Assembly (NCBI GenBank): GCA_035381305.1 | Contig: DAOSYK010000001.1 | Span: forward strand, 175,218 to 239,217 | Direction: 5' to 3' | Origin: Clostridia bacterium | Lineage (GTDB): Bacteria; Bacillota; Clostridia; Christensenellales; DTU072 | DNA: 64,000 bases | Part shown: piece by piece, positions 9,205-19,185 of the stretch | How the letters are laid out: every line of letters starts with the position of its first letter | How positions within the stretch are numbered: position 1 is the first letter of the stretch | Notes under the pieces: model-generated | Told to the model about the DNA's origin: nothing | Database searches by the model: none | Seen by the model: the letters and a program-made list of their open reading frames with translations, nothing else | Translations under genes and position numbers: made by a program

Positions 9205-9960
9205 ATGATTAACTTTCGTGATATGGGCGGAATAAGGACGACAGACGGAAAGAGGATAAAGAAAGGCATGCTCTTCCGCACCGCCGTAATAAATCCGCGC
9301 AACAAGAAAGAGATGAAATACCTTTTGTCGCTCAATCTCGACTATATACTCGACCTCAGAAATCCCTACGAAGTGGAAAAAAAGCCCGACTTTATCCCTG
9401 AGGGGTGCCAATATATAAACGCTCCCGTGCTCCTCAACAAGGCCGATTCGGGCGTTGTGCCCAGGGATATTAAGGAGTATGTCACCAACGCCATTCAGGA
9501 AGAGATTGAGGAAGCGACGAGGGAGTTTGCCGAGACCTACAGCTATATGCCGTACTCTGTCGAGGCATATACCAAGCTCTTCAAGATCATGAATGAAGGA
9601 AAGAGAATAGCTTTCCACTGCACCGCGGGCAAAGACAGGACGGGAGTCGCCGCCATGATGGTTCAGCTTGCTCTCGGCTGCAGCCGTGAGAGCGTTATCG
9701 AAGAGTACATCAAGACAGACATTTACCGCAAGCGTTTCAACGCAACCAGGCATTTTATCATAAAACTCTTTGTAAGGAAGAAGTACCTTGTCGATTACTT
9801 TGTCACCTGCGCATACGCTCATGAAAGCTTTATCCACCTTGCGCTAAACGCCATATTCGATAAGTACAAGACTATTGAGGAATTTCTGAATGCCGAATAC
9901 GGCGTTACCGCCGAAGATATAGCCGGGTGGAAAGAGGTCTACCTCGAGGAAGATAAATAA
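9205..9960 (+). CDS. Protein-tyrosine/lipid phosphatase (Y_phosphatase3-like, CX5R)
   Basis: Active-site signature HCTAGKDRTG. N-terminus MINFRDMGG at ATG 9205 behind RBS GGGAGGGG; the tracked start at 9193 is non-ATG. Confidence 0.8.
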   Translation: MINFRDMGGIRTTDGKRIKKGMLFRTAVINPRNKKEMKYLLSLNLDYILDLRNPYEVEKKPDFIPEGCQYINAPVLLNKADSGVVPRDIKEYVTNAIQEEIEEATREFAETYSYMPYSVEAYTKLFKIMNEGKRIAFHCTAGKDRTGVAAMMVQLALGCSRESVIEEYIKTDIYRKRFNATRHFIIKLFVRKKYLVDYFVTCAYAHESFIHLALNAIFDKYKTIEEFLNAEYGVTAEDIAGWKEVYLEEDK

Positions 9961-9964
9961 GAAT

Positions 9965-10681
9965 ATGGAAGAACAGTTTTCCCGCACCGAGTTGCTGATA
10001 GGAAAAGAGGGCATAGAACGCCTCAATAATTCTCGCGTGGCTGTATTTGGACTTGGGGGAGTGGGCGGTTATGTCGTGGAAGCTTTGGCACGGGCGGGAG
10101 TGGGCGCGCTTGACCTTGTCGATAAGGATACCATTGCTCCGTCTAATCTCAACCGTCAGATTATCGCCCTGCACAGCACAGTCGGACAGTATAAAGCCGA
10201 CGTCGCCGCCGCGCGCGTTCATGACATAAATCCCGACTGCAAGGTGACGCCTTACAGGGTGTTTTACACGCCCGAAACGTCCTCACAGTTTGATTTTTCG
10301 CAATTTGATTACGTCGTCGACGCCATTGACACGGTATCGGGCAAGATTGAGCTTGTCGTTCAGGCGGAAAAGAGCAATACGCCGATAATTTGCGCCATGG
10401 GCGCGGGAAACAAGACAAACCCCGCGGCATTTAGAGTCGCCGACATCAGCGAAACAAGCGTCTGCCCGCTTGCAAGGGTTATGCGAAGAGAACTCAAGGC
10501 GCGCGGAATAAATCATCTCAAGGTCGTCTATTCGCCCGAACAGCCCTTAAAACCCGCGTATGACGAAGCCGATATTAAGGACATGAGGAAAATCCCCCCC
10601 GGGAGTACGCCCTTTGTGCCTCCCGTGGTGGGTCTTATCATTGCAAGCGAAGTGGTTAAAGACATTTTGAAAAAAGGTTAA
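9965..10681 (+). CDS. tcdA: tRNA threonylcarbamoyladenosine dehydratase (ThiF/MoeB-fold, TcdA/CsdL-like)
   Basis: 238 aa with VAVFGLGGVGGYVVEALARAGVG..LDLVDKD....SNLNRQ, the size and pattern of TcdA. Confidence 0.8.
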   Translation: MEEQFSRTELLIGKEGIERLNNSRVAVFGLGGVGGYVVEALARAGVGALDLVDKDTIAPSNLNRQIIALHSTVGQYKADVAAARVHDINPDCKVTPYRVFYTPETSSQFDFSQFDYVVDAIDTVSGKIELVVQAEKSNTPIICAMGAGNKTNPAAFRVADISETSVCPLARVMRRELKARGINHLKVVYSPEQPLKPAYDEADIKDMRKIPPGSTPFVPPVVGLIIASEVVKDILKKG

Positions 10682-10688
10682 GCAAGAC

Positions 10689-10712
10689 GGACGCAAAAAG
10701 CGTCCTTTTTTT
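10689..10712 (+). terminator. Rho-independent terminator after tcdA
   Basis: GGACGC-AAAAA-GCGTCC followed by T7. Confidence 0.85.
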
Positions 10713-10717
10713 GCGTC

Positions 10718-10746
10718 TTGACACTTTGGTTGCGTACGTATACAAT
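10718..10746 (+). promoter_or_regulatory. Promoter of the ABC/M23 unit (TTGACA-17-TACAAT)
   Basis: TTGACA at 10718-10723, 17-nt spacer, TACAAT at 10741-10746. Confidence 0.55.
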
Positions 10747-10796
10747 TTATATAATTATTACCTTATAAATATACAGGAAGAAACGCAGGGGATACA

Positions 10797-13538
10797 ATGC
10801 TTAAGCTCGAAAACATCACAAAAGTATACGGAGAAGAAGAAAACAAAATCACCGCCCTTGACAACGTCGATCTCGAATTCGGCGACAAGGGACTTACCTC
10901 GGTTTTCGGGCCCAGCGGTTGCGGAAAGACCACCTTGCTCAACATTATCGGCGGACTGGACGAGTATTCCACGGGCGATCTTATTATAAACGGCGTTTCC
11001 ACCAAACAATATAAGAATTCCGACTGGGACGCGTACAGAAATCACAATATAGGCTTTGTGTTTCAGAGTTATTATCTCATTCCCCACCTTAACGTGCTGG
11101 AAAACGTCATGCTGGCGCTCGACCTTAGCGGCATACCGCGCGGCGAGCAGAAGAAAAGGGCGATGGATGCGCTTAAAAAAGTAGGCGTGGAAAATCAGGC
11201 GAGAAAGAAACCCAGACAGCTTTCGGGCGGACAGGCGCAGAGAGTGGCAATAGCCCGAGCGCTCGTCAACAATCCCGACATCATCCTTGCCGACGAGCCG
11301 ACGGGCGCGCTTGACAGCGAAAACTCCGAGCAGATACTTTCCCTTTTGAAAGATATTTCCGATACCGCTCTTGTCATTCTCGTCACTCACAACCGCGAGC
11401 TTGCCGAGAGGTACTCCGACAGAATAATAAAGATGAAGGACGGCAAAGTCGAATCCGACGAGGGCAATATACCCGAGATAATTCAAAGCGAAAATATAAC
11501 CGTCAAAGAGAAAAAGCTCAAAAAACCCACGATGAAAATGCGTTCGGCGTTTTCTATCAGCCTTAAAAACCTTTATTATAAGTTCGGCAGGACGGCGCTC
11601 ACCTCGGTGGCGGGATGTATCGGCGTAGTCAGCATCGCGCTTATTCTTGCGTTTAATGCAGGTTTCTCGGCGTATGCAGGCACTTTCCAGAAGGATTCCC
11701 TATCCAAATATCCCATTACGATAACCAAGTCTGATTCCAAGCTGGTCAAAATCATGGAGCAGATAGCCGAGGGCGATAATATTGACACCTCGGTCATCGA
11801 CATGAACAAGATTCTCGATATGTTAAAGGACGACGAGGGAGAGAAAAAGCCCTATCCCGACGAGGAGAAGGTGTATTTGCAGGAACAGATTATCGCCATG
11901 ATAAACAACACCAAAAACCTCATGAAAGGCAACGACACGGCGCTTTTCAAAAAGTACATAAACGACAACTTCGATTACTCGCTTGCGTCGGTCAAATACG
12001 ATTACGACCTCAATCTCAATGTCTATAAGATAAATGAGAAAGACGGGCAGATTTCAAGCTATACCAGGCTTAATCCTTATGCGGAAAGGTTGCTTGAAAG
12101 TATCGACACACTGCTTTCGACTATGAAAACCAGTGCGGCAGAATTGCTCTCCGACGACGATCTTGAGCAGATAATGACTGTCATGAACTCGATTAACGTC
12201 TGGGACATGATGGTAAATGATCAAGAAGTGCTTAATTCTCAGTACGACGTGCTGGCGGGACACCTTCCCAGGCCTGACGCCGAAGACGGATATTATGAAA
12301 TCGCGCTCGTTGTCGACAAATACAATCAGATTACCGATAACATGCTCTACGCTCTCGGATACATTGAGTTTATGCAGATGTTTGGCGACGTTATAAAGAA
12401 TTTCCTTAAAGTTGACATTAAATTTAATTTGCAGACAGAATTCGACTTCGACGAATTTGTTGGCAAAGAGTTCAAGCTCCTTATGGAAAAGGACTTTTAC
12501 AAGTACAATTCTGTCAGCGGGCGTTATGAAAAGATTACAAACAGCATTCAAAGCACACAGAATCTCACCGAAAAAGGCATAAACCTAAGGATTTCGGGCA
12601 TTTTGCGCACCAAAGAGAATGTGTCCAGCGGCAGTATAAACGGCGTAATCGGATATCCCGAGAGTTTAGCGAGGCGAATAATCGAGGAGACCAACGAATC
12701 CGAACTTATTCAGGCGCAGAGAGCGGCTTATGCCGACTATATCCAGAAGACCACAAACGAGGAAGTACTTGCCCTTCAGAAAGCTCTTGCCAACGGCGAA
12801 ATAAAGCAGGAAGACCTGACTATGCCTCAGAAGATGCTGCTTGCCGCCGCCATGACCGCAAAAATCACCGATGTGACGACAGGTGAAAAGCTTGAAGAAG
12901 CCGAGTATCAGCGTATGCTCAAGAGATTCGGCGCGGTAGACTTGGATTCTCCCGAAGAGATACTTTTCTATCCCAAGTCGGTCGAAGCAAAGGACAAGAT
13001 AGTGGAGTTTATCGAGAGTTACAACGCCGCCGCCCGCCTTGCGGTTGAAAACGGCGAAACCGACATAGACAATTCAATAGAGTACACAAACGAACTTAAC
13101 GACATTATGAACTCATTGACGGGCATGATAGACACAATTACTTATATCCTCATAGCCATAACCTGCCTTGCGGTAATAGTCTCACTGTTCATGGTGGGAA
13201 TAATAATGTACATTTCCGTCCAGGACAGGACAAAGGAAATCGGAATCTTAAGGAGTATGGGCGCGAGGAACTTCGACATTATGACCATTTTCAATACCGA
13301 AACGGTCTGTCTCGGGCTTATTTCGGGCTGTATAGGAATTGCGCTAAGCTATATCTTAAAATACCCGATTAACGCCGTTCTTAAGGCGCAGCTCGGCATT
13401 TCCAACCTCATCACGCCCATCTGGTGGAATTCCCTTATCCTTATAGGCGCGTCGGTAATCCTTACCCTCGTCTCCGGCATTGTACCCGCGATAGTCGCGT
13501 CACGCAAAGACCCCGTTGTCGCATTGAAGACCGAATAA
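10797..13538 (+). CDS. MacB-type fused ABC transporter (N-terminal ATPase + FtsX-family permease with ~500-aa extracytoplasmic domain)
   Basis: 913 aa. Walker [11 protein letters not shown], signature [15 protein letters not shown], Walker [14 protein letters not shown]1 at ~aa 265-290, then a long hydrophilic segment and a C-terminal three-TM FtsX-type bundle ([11 protein letters not shown]...[10 protein letters not shown]). Confidence 0.85.
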   Translation: MLKLENITKVYGEEENKITALDNVDLEFGDKGLTSVFGPSGCGKTTLLNIIGGLDEYSTGDLIINGVSTKQYKNSDWDAYRNHNIGFVFQSYYLIPHLNVLENVMLALDLSGIPRGEQKKRAMDALKKVGVENQARKKPRQLSGGQAQRVAIARALVNNPDIILADEPTGALDSENSEQILSLLKDISDTALVILVTHNRELAERYSDRIIKMKDGKVESDEGNIPEIIQSENITVKEKKLKKPTMKMRSAFSISLKNLYYKFGRTALTSVAGCIGVVSIALILAFNAGFSAYAGTFQKDSLSKYPITITKSDSKLVKIMEQIAEGDNIDTSVIDMNKILDMLKDDEGEKKPYPDEEKVYLQEQIIAMINNTKNLMKGNDTALFKKYINDNFDYSLASVKYDYDLNLNVYKINEKDGQISSYTRLNPYAERLLESIDTLLSTMKTSAAELLSDDDLEQIMTVMNSINVWDMMVNDQEVLNSQYDVLAGHLPRPDAEDGYYEIALVVDKYNQITDNMLYALGYIEFMQMFGDVIKNFLKVDIKFNLQTEFDFDEFVGKEFKLLMEKDFYKYNSVSGRYEKITNSIQSTQNLTEKGINLRISGILRTKENVSSGSINGVIGYPESLARRIIEETNESELIQAQRAAYADYIQKTTNEEVLALQKALANGEIKQEDLTMPQKMLLAAAMTAKITDVTTGEKLEEAEYQRMLKRFGAVDLDSPEEILFYPKSVEAKDKIVEFIESYNAAARLAVENGETDIDNSIEYTNELNDIMNSLTGMIDTITYILIAITCLAVIVSLFMVGIIMYISVQDRTKEIGILRSMGARNFDIMTIFNTETVCLGLISGCIGIALSYILKYPINAVLKAQLGISNLITPIWWNSLILIGASVILTLVSGIVPAIVASRKDPVVALKTE

Positions 13539-13575
13539 GCGAATATTATCGCGCCAAACCACAAAAAATAGTATT

Positions 13576-14532
13576 ATGGGACGAAAGCTCATAATACTTT
13601 TTTTTATCGTAATTATTGCATTTACCGCGTGCGGCTTTACAAAAGCGGAAGGAGAAAAGGATTTCATTAAATGGGTGGACTGCAACGTCCCCTATGAAGT
13701 CATGCTCAAAGCTTATGAGCTGGACGTAAAGTACCACGATTCCGCCGTGAAATTCGATTTTGTAAAGGGCCTTGCCTACCTCGCGGTAAAAAACGGCAAC
13801 AAGTTTAATACGACAACCGATATAAACAGGCTTTGCGAGCTGAAAAAGGAATTATTAAGCGGCAAGCAAATCGACGACTATTACGGCGAAAACAAGTACT
13901 ATAAGTATTACGTCGAGGCGTACGACGCCATTTTTGCCGAATTTATAGGCGAGTATATCGACACAGACGGACAGACGAAATACGGACTGAAAAACTATCA
14001 CCCTATCGCGGCAAACTACTGGTACAGCCATTATGACGATTTTGGCACTTCCCGATCGTACGGCTTTAAGCGCAGGCATCTCGGGCACGATATTATGGGC
14101 TCAATCGGTACGCCGATTATCGCAGTCGAGGGGGGCACGGTCACCGACATAGGCTGGAATAAATACGGCGGGTGGCGCATCGGTATCCGCTCCTTCGACC
14201 AAAAACGCTCCTACTATTACGCCCACCTCAAGAAAGGCCATCCTTATGTCGAAGGACTAAAAAAGGGCAATACCGTCTATGCGGGGCAGGTTGTCGGGTA
14301 TCTCGGCGTGACGGGCTACAGCACCAAAGAAAACGTCAATATGAAGTGCAAGCCCCATCTCCATATAGGTATGCAGCTCATTTTCGACCAAAGTCAGGTG
14401 CAGGGACCCAAAGAAATCTGGATAGATATGTATCAGATTTCGAAGTTTCTTTCCCATAACCGCGCCAAAGTTGTTAAAGACGGGAAAGATTACAAAAGCG
14501 TAAACATAAAGAAAAGCGCTGATATACCGTAA
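13576..14532 (+). CDS. M23 family metallopeptidase lipoprotein
   Basis: Lipobox IIAFTAC|G. M23 motifs HLGHDI (HxxxD) and PHLHIGMQ (HxH). The ~150-aa N-terminal domain is unassigned. Confidence 0.85.
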   Translation: MGRKLIILFFIVIIAFTACGFTKAEGEKDFIKWVDCNVPYEVMLKAYELDVKYHDSAVKFDFVKGLAYLAVKNGNKFNTTTDINRLCELKKELLSGKQIDDYYGENKYYKYYVEAYDAIFAEFIGEYIDTDGQTKYGLKNYHPIAANYWYSHYDDFGTSRSYGFKRRHLGHDIMGSIGTPIIAVEGGTVTDIGWNKYGGWRIGIRSFDQKRSYYYAHLKKGHPYVEGLKKGNTVYAGQVVGYLGVTGYSTKENVNMKCKPHLHIGMQLIFDQSQVQGPKEIWIDMYQISKFLSHNRAKVVKDGKDYKSVNIKKSADIP

Positions 14533-14627
14533 AGCCGCTCATCTTTTGGGCGGTTTTTGGTTTATTGGGGATTGCTGTCAGTATCTGCTTTATGCTATAA
14601 TAAACCAAAAATAAAGGCGGAAGCGAT

Positions 14628-15410
14628 ATGAGCGATTTTTCCAAAACCCCCAGTTTTTACAACAATCAGGAAGTATTCAGAAAATACCTCGGTTACACCT
14701 CTTATTATTCCGGACTCCAGGACAAAATTTTGAAAATCATAAAAAAACTGAAGCCGGAAGTCGTTCTCGAAATGGGCTTTGGCACTGGCTACACGGCGGT
14801 TAAGACTGCACAGCAAAATCCGCAGGCAGAAGTTGTCGCGATCGACGTACGCCCCGAGATGATTCCCGTCGCAAAACAGCTTGCCGACAATAAAAAGGTA
14901 TCAAACATCACTTTTATCACCTCCGACATGACCGATTTTGCCAAAACCGACCTTAAGAAATTCGACGCTATATATTTTTTGTATGCCTTTCATCATATTG
15001 ACGACCCGTTGGAAAGAAAAATACGGTTTCTTGCCGACTGCTATAAAAATATGAAGGAAGGCGCCGTAATTATTATCGGTGAAACCTTTATTCCCGAAGA
15101 CTACCGCGAGGAAGACGGTCCCGCGCCGTTAATCGAGCTTTTCGAAAAGAGAGGAGCGGAAGGGTATGCCTCTACCTTCTGGGCCAGCCTTAAGGGAATT
15201 GACGAAAAATCGATCGCTTATGCCCACAGCGTTGCCGAATACTGCCGCAAAATGGAAACCGATGCAGGCCGCCTTGTCGCCGTAAGGGACAACGAGTATC
15301 TCGTAAAACGCAGTTGGCTCCGTTCCCACGCCGGCCAAGCAGGCTTTTCCACCGTCCTTGATATGGAATTGGACACGCTTTCCGACGCGGTTATGGTGTT
15401 CAGGAAATAG
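14628..15410 (+). CDS. Class I SAM-dependent methyltransferase
   Basis: Motif I VLEMGFGTGYT and an acidic loop VVAIDV. Substrate unknown. Confidence 0.75.
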   Translation: MSDFSKTPSFYNNQEVFRKYLGYTSYYSGLQDKILKIIKKLKPEVVLEMGFGTGYTAVKTAQQNPQAEVVAIDVRPEMIPVAKQLADNKKVSNITFITSDMTDFAKTDLKKFDAIYFLYAFHHIDDPLERKIRFLADCYKNMKEGAVIIIGETFIPEDYREEDGPAPLIELFEKRGAEGYASTFWASLKGIDEKSIAYAHSVAEYCRKMETDAGRLVAVRDNEYLVKRSWLRSHAGQAGFSTVLDMELDTLSDAVMVFRK

Positions 15411-15482
15411 ATTTTGACATCAATTCATGCAGACTGCATTTGTGCAGTATAATTATCTTGTAATTATCAAGGGGGAGATTTT

Positions 15483-16271
15483 ATGGTTGAAAACATAGCC
15501 AAAGACACGTACCGAATAAGCGATTACGGAAATACCAACTGTTTTCTCATTGTGGGCAGCAGGCGCGCTCTCCTAATTGATATCGGAATAGGTTTTTACG
15601 ATATTCTCGCCGACATAAGGAAAATCACCGATAAGCCGCTGGACGTTGTGTGCACGCACAATCACACCGACCACCTGGGCGGCTACGGAGACTTTGAGTC
15701 AATTTACATACACCGTGACGATTTAGACACCCTCAAAAAGTTCATGCTCAGCCGTTTTGTCCGCAAAATTCTGCTTTTGGGCAGTAAGATTAATATGAGC
15801 GAAAAAGTGCCCCTTAAAGCCGTCCGCAAGGGCAAATATAAACTCAATTTCATACCCGTAGAAGACGGGCATGTTTTTGACCTCGGAGACAGAAAAATCG
15901 AGGTTCTTCATTCCCAAGGTCACACCGTCGGCTCCATTATCCTCTTCGAGCGCGCGACAAAACTTATGTTTGTCGGGGACAATATGTGTCCGTCTCCCTG
16001 GCTCTTCCTGCCTTTTGCGACCTCGGTCGAAGAGTGGCTTGTCGAAGCCAAAAAGATTCGCGACTTCTCCTCGGAATACGCGATATGGTGGGGGCACGAA
16101 GGCGGTCTCTTAGACCCCGCGTTAATCAAAAGAGTCTGCGAAATCGGCGACGAAGTCCTCGCCAAATACCCCCAAAACAAACGTTTTTCCACAATCAAAG
16201 CCTACCCTTGTAACGACCGCATAAACGGAAGTATAGTATTTAGGACTGGGAATGTGAGGAAGAATAAATAA
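15483..16271 (+). CDS. MBL-fold metallo-hydrolase
   Basis: HxHxDH motif THNHTDHLGG with downstream His/Asp ligands (LHSQGHTVGS, FVGDN). Confidence 0.8.
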   Translation: MVENIAKDTYRISDYGNTNCFLIVGSRRALLIDIGIGFYDILADIRKITDKPLDVVCTHNHTDHLGGYGDFESIYIHRDDLDTLKKFMLSRFVRKILLLGSKINMSEKVPLKAVRKGKYKLNFIPVEDGHVFDLGDRKIEVLHSQGHTVGSIILFERATKLMFVGDNMCPSPWLFLPFATSVEEWLVEAKKIRDFSSEYAIWWGHEGGLLDPALIKRVCEIGDEVLAKYPQNKRFSTIKAYPCNDRINGSIVFRTGNVRKNK

Positions 16272-16370
16272 CAATGACGCCCTGTGTCGTTGCCAAGCCC
16301 CAAAAAACCGCGTTTTTTGGGGACCCTTGATTCCACCCGTTCGAGTCCCTTAATTTTATTTCAGAATACA

Positions 16371-16404
16371 AAAAATGACCACCCATAAAAGAGTGGTCTT
16401 TTTG
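16371..16404. terminator. Bidirectional terminator hairpin downstream of tRNA-Ala (minus) and the MBL gene (plus)
   Basis: GACCAC-N10-GTGGTC flanked by A6 and T5. A second hairpin CCCCAAAAAA-CCGCG-TTTTTTGGGG lies at 16299-16323. Confidence 0.6.
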
Positions 16405-16409
16405 TAACT

Positions 16410-16485
16410 GGTGGAGATAAAGGGACTCGAACCCTCGGCCTATGCGTTGCGAACGCATCGCTCTACCAACTGAGCCATATCCCCG
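16410..16485 (-). tRNA. tRNA-Ala (anticodon CGC)
   Basis: The reverse complement GGGGATATGGCTCAG...TTCGAGTCCCTTTATCTCCACCA is 76 nt. It has the G3:U70 identity pair, anticodon arm ATGCG-TTCGCAA-CGCAT and encoded CCA. Confidence 0.9.
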
Positions 16486-16500
16486 TTAAGGATAAAAAGA

Positions 16501-16529
16501 TTATATCACTATTTTTTGACTTGGACAAG
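16501..16529 (-). promoter_or_regulatory. Promoter for tRNA-Ala (minus strand TTGTCC-17-TATAAT, TGa-extended)
   Basis: The reverse complement reads TTGTCC AAGTCAAAAAATAGTGA TATAAT, about 15 nt upstream of the tRNA 5' end. Confidence 0.5.
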
Positions 16530-16564
16530 AGTTTAAAACAGGTTTTCAGATTTTTTTGCGAAGA

Positions 16565-17758
16565 TTATGCCTTGACAAGCAGGGGAATTTTCTCAATGGA
16601 ATAGCAATCCAGCTCGCGCATAATTATTGCCGAATTGCGGTCAAAGCAGGAGTGGTCGATGAGGCGGAAAGCTGCCACCATAAGGTCGATAAAGTCGTTT
16701 ATGTCGGTCTTGTCCGCCATATAGCCGAGCGTCGCAAAACGCAAAAAACCGTAGGTCGCGCTTAACGAGAAGTATTCGTCCTTCAGGTTTTCGTGCTTGT
16801 CACTGAACGGAAATTGCTCAAAAAAGATGTGGTTGATGAGCAACTGCTCGAAATGCCTTTCCCACTCGGGCATAATTTCCCTTAGATGGCGGTCGGCGTC
16901 AAGGTAAAGGCGGCAGGCGATGCTGATAGTTTCCTCGGTCGGCTCGTCTGCAAGTCCGTAATAGGAAAGAATTTTTGCGGCGTATTCGCCCATGCTCATT
17001 GTGTCGAGGGCTATACTAACTGTAAGCTCGCGCAAAATGTTTATCGCGTAGGGAAGGTCTGCTTTAAAGGAAGATGTGTCAAATACAAAGTCGGCGTTTA
17101 TGTATTTCGCGGCGACTTGTTCCGCTTTGTCGTATTCTTTGCGGTTTTGGAGTTCGTAGAGTTCTTTGAGGGCATAGCCTGATATGATAAGGCGGTCGGG
17201 GAGAGAATAGGCGCGCTTTTGTAAGATATTAATGCACACCTTGCGGCAGGTTTTGTAAAATGACTTTTCGGCTTCATTGTGGTCGCCCGCGCATTCTTCC
17301 CCTTCAAAGGTGAGACGTTTTTCGCAAAAAGTCAACATATCTTTTTTCTGCAGGAGAAGCTCTAGTACCTTTTCGCAGCTGTTGGACATCGAGCACTCGA
17401 AGGCATATTCCGAGCGCGGACCTCTTGGATAATAGCGGCAGATAAGGGGGAGAGAGTCTTCTCCGAGTTCTTTATGTAGCATGCACCAGCCGTTGGAAAG
17501 GTGCATATGGCAGTCGCACGTGAAAGGGTCGGGCGCGATTTGGGCATAACGGAATTCACAAGGGTTTTTGGCGAGGCGGAAGGAGCGGTCGAGTTTAGTC
17601 CTAAGGTCGGTCGAACACTCAATCCCCAGCAGGGTAAAATACTCTTTCATGGAAATGGAGATAGGCCAGCCCACACAGCAGGAATGGCGGCAGTCCGGAC
17701 CTTTGCAGATAAAATCGCCGTAATAGTCGGGCACCGTATATACACGTGAAAATGCCAT
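16565..17758 (-). CDS. Cys-rich FliB-family protein (putative lysine-N-methylase-like), orphan context
   Basis: 397 aa. The N-terminal FICKGPDCRHSCCVGWPISISMKEY matches my recollection of the FliB-type F.C.G..C...CC.GW motif, with further Cys clusters (CDCH..., CRYYP, CEK). RBS GAGGAG upstream. Confidence 0.5.
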   Translation of the reverse strand: MAFSRVYTVPDYYGDFICKGPDCRHSCCVGWPISISMKEYFTLLGIECSTDLRTKLDRSFRLAKNPCEFRYAQIAPDPFTCDCHMHLSNGWCMLHKELGEDSLPLICRYYPRGPRSEYAFECSMSNSCEKVLELLLQKKDMLTFCEKRLTFEGEECAGDHNEAEKSFYKTCRKVCINILQKRAYSLPDRLIISGYALKELYELQNRKEYDKAEQVAAKYINADFVFDTSSFKADLPYAINILRELTVSIALDTMSMGEYAAKILSYYGLADEPTEETISIACRLYLDADRHLREIMPEWERHFEQLLINHIFFEQFPFSDKHENLKDEYFSLSATYGFLRFATLGYMADKTDINDFIDLMVAAFRLIDHSCFDRNSAIIMRELDCYSIEKIPLLVKA

Positions 17759-17997
17759 AAGTTTTTCTCCTCAAAAAAAGCATCACATTATAGTGATGCT
17801 CTTTCGAAAAGATTATATCACGGCGGCTATTTCCGTTACAAATTTCCGAAAAAAATTTTTGCCGCGCCGATTTTCTTTTTTCGTAAATTGAAAAAGCGAC
17901 AAAATTATTTTGATTTTCTGCGCGCGGACATTTAACTTTCGGAAAGCGTTATGATATAATAAATATATTACAAATCCAAATTTCGGGAGACAGGAAA

Positions 17998-18420
17998 ATG
18001 AAAATAGAGGATTTCAAGAAAGCAAAAATCGTCGCGATGAAAGAGCATAACAAGACAGCGGTGGCGGCTCTCGAGGTCATCATCAGCAAACTTATGCTCG
18101 TCATAATCGAAAAGAGAGCGCAGGGCGCCGAAATCACAGAAGGCGAAACCCTCGCGGTAATTCAGAAGGTGGAAAAGGAGCTCCTTGAGGAAAAAGAGAG
18201 CAACATTAAGGCGGGAAGAGCCGAAATGGTCGCCAACCTCGAAGAACAGCTCAGCATAGTAAGGCAGTATTTGCCCAAGATGCTCACCGCCGACGAGATA
18301 AAGGAAATAATCTTAAAGCTGGAGGACCGCTCGGTACCCGCGGTAATGAAGCACTTCAAGATAAACTATCAGGGCAAGTGCGACATGAAGCTTGTCAATG
18401 ATGTGCTTAAAACTCTTTAA
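17998..18420 (+). CDS. yqeY: GatB/YqeY domain protein
   Basis: 140 aa. KxAMKxxxKxxxxxL...EEQLSIVRQYLPKMLTADEIKE is the typical YqeY pattern. TGATATAAT extended -10 at ~17950. Confidence 0.8.
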   Translation: MKIEDFKKAKIVAMKEHNKTAVAALEVIISKLMLVIIEKRAQGAEITEGETLAVIQKVEKELLEEKESNIKAGRAEMVANLEEQLSIVRQYLPKMLTADEIKEIILKLEDRSVPAVMKHFKINYQGKCDMKLVNDVLKTL

Positions 18421-18454
18421 TAAATGCTTATAAATACCTTATAATAAAATACAG

Positions 18455-18485
18455 GGGCTGCCGTTATCGGGCAGCCCGTTTGTTT
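18455..18485. terminator. Bidirectional terminator between convergent yqeY and the oxidoreductase gene
   Basis: GGGCTGCC-N7-GGCAGCCC (8 bp) followed by GTTTGTTT. Confidence 0.7.
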
Positions 18486-19071
18486 ACTTTGCTGAAAACA
18501 GTTTTTCAATTTTTTGAAGTTTTTGCTTACGCTTATCCTCCCCGCGCCCCTTTACGTTATCGAGCTTGACCCATTTTACTTTCCTGATGCCGATTTTGGC
18601 GAGAGTGCCTTTGATAAATGCTCTTTTGATCGCGTTGCCGTAGAATAGAGCGTAATACCACCAAGGAGAATTCATTGTGGTAATGACGGCGGCGGACTTT
18701 ATGTTTTCGATGAGAGAATACATTCCGTTGCCCGACTCGGTATAGTTATAGGCTTCTCCCGGGAATATAACCTTGTCGACAAAGCCTTTCATGATTGCGG
18801 GCATAAGTCCCCACCAGATGGGAAATACAAAGACCAGGTGGTCGGCTTGCTTTATACGTCCGATGTACCCGATCGCCTGTTCGTCCACAGCTTTTCTGTT
18901 GCGGAAGGCGAGCAGGTCGGCAGAAGTCATAACAGGATTGAAATTATCCTTAATAAGGTCAATGACGTCATAATCATGACCCGCTTTTTCAAGACCCGAT
19001 GTGACCGACTTAAGCACCGCGCTGCAATAGCTTTTTTCGTAGGGATGACAATAGACTATACAATACTTCAT
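18484..19071 (-). CDS. NAD(P)H-dependent oxidoreductase, flavodoxin-like fold (quinone reductase-like)
   Basis: MKYCIVYCHPYEKSYCSAV... and FVFPIWWGLMPAIMKGFVDKV. Start moved to ATG 19071 behind GGAGAG; the tracked start is 19092. Confidence 0.8.
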   Translation of the reverse strand: MKYCIVYCHPYEKSYCSAVLKSVTSGLEKAGHDYDVIDLIKDNFNPVMTSADLLAFRNRKAVDEQAIGYIGRIKQADHLVFVFPIWWGLMPAIMKGFVDKVIFPGEAYNYTESGNGMYSLIENIKSAAVITTMNSPWWYYALFYGNAIKRAFIKGTLAKIGIRKVKWVKLDNVKGRGEDKRKQKLQKIEKLFSAK

Positions 19072-19185
19072 ATTCTCTCCTTCAAGGGGCAAAATCTTAA
19101 CGCCTCCGGATATAAAGATGATACCGCAAAATAAATCTCATTGCAAATAGCTCATTGAAAACGTTATAATAATAAAAGATACACG

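Noticed and set aside
15433-15445. Palindrome ATGCAG-A-CTGCAT overlapping the promoter region of the MBL hydrolase gene, considered as an operator.
   Set aside because: The arms are only 6 bp and there is no adjacent regulator gene, so it is not distinguishable from chance.
16340-16352. tRNA-like fragment GTTCGAGTCCCTT on the plus strand. It is identical to the T-arm segment of the minus-strand tRNA-Ala (whose plus-strand text AAGGGACTCGAAC is at 16421-16433), so it might be an integration-site scar or a tRNA pseudogene.
   Set aside because: Only 13 nt match and no cloverleaf can be built around it. The orientation is inverted rather than the direct duplication left by integrases, and there is no integrase or foreign DNA nearby. 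The T-loop sequence is also generically conserved.
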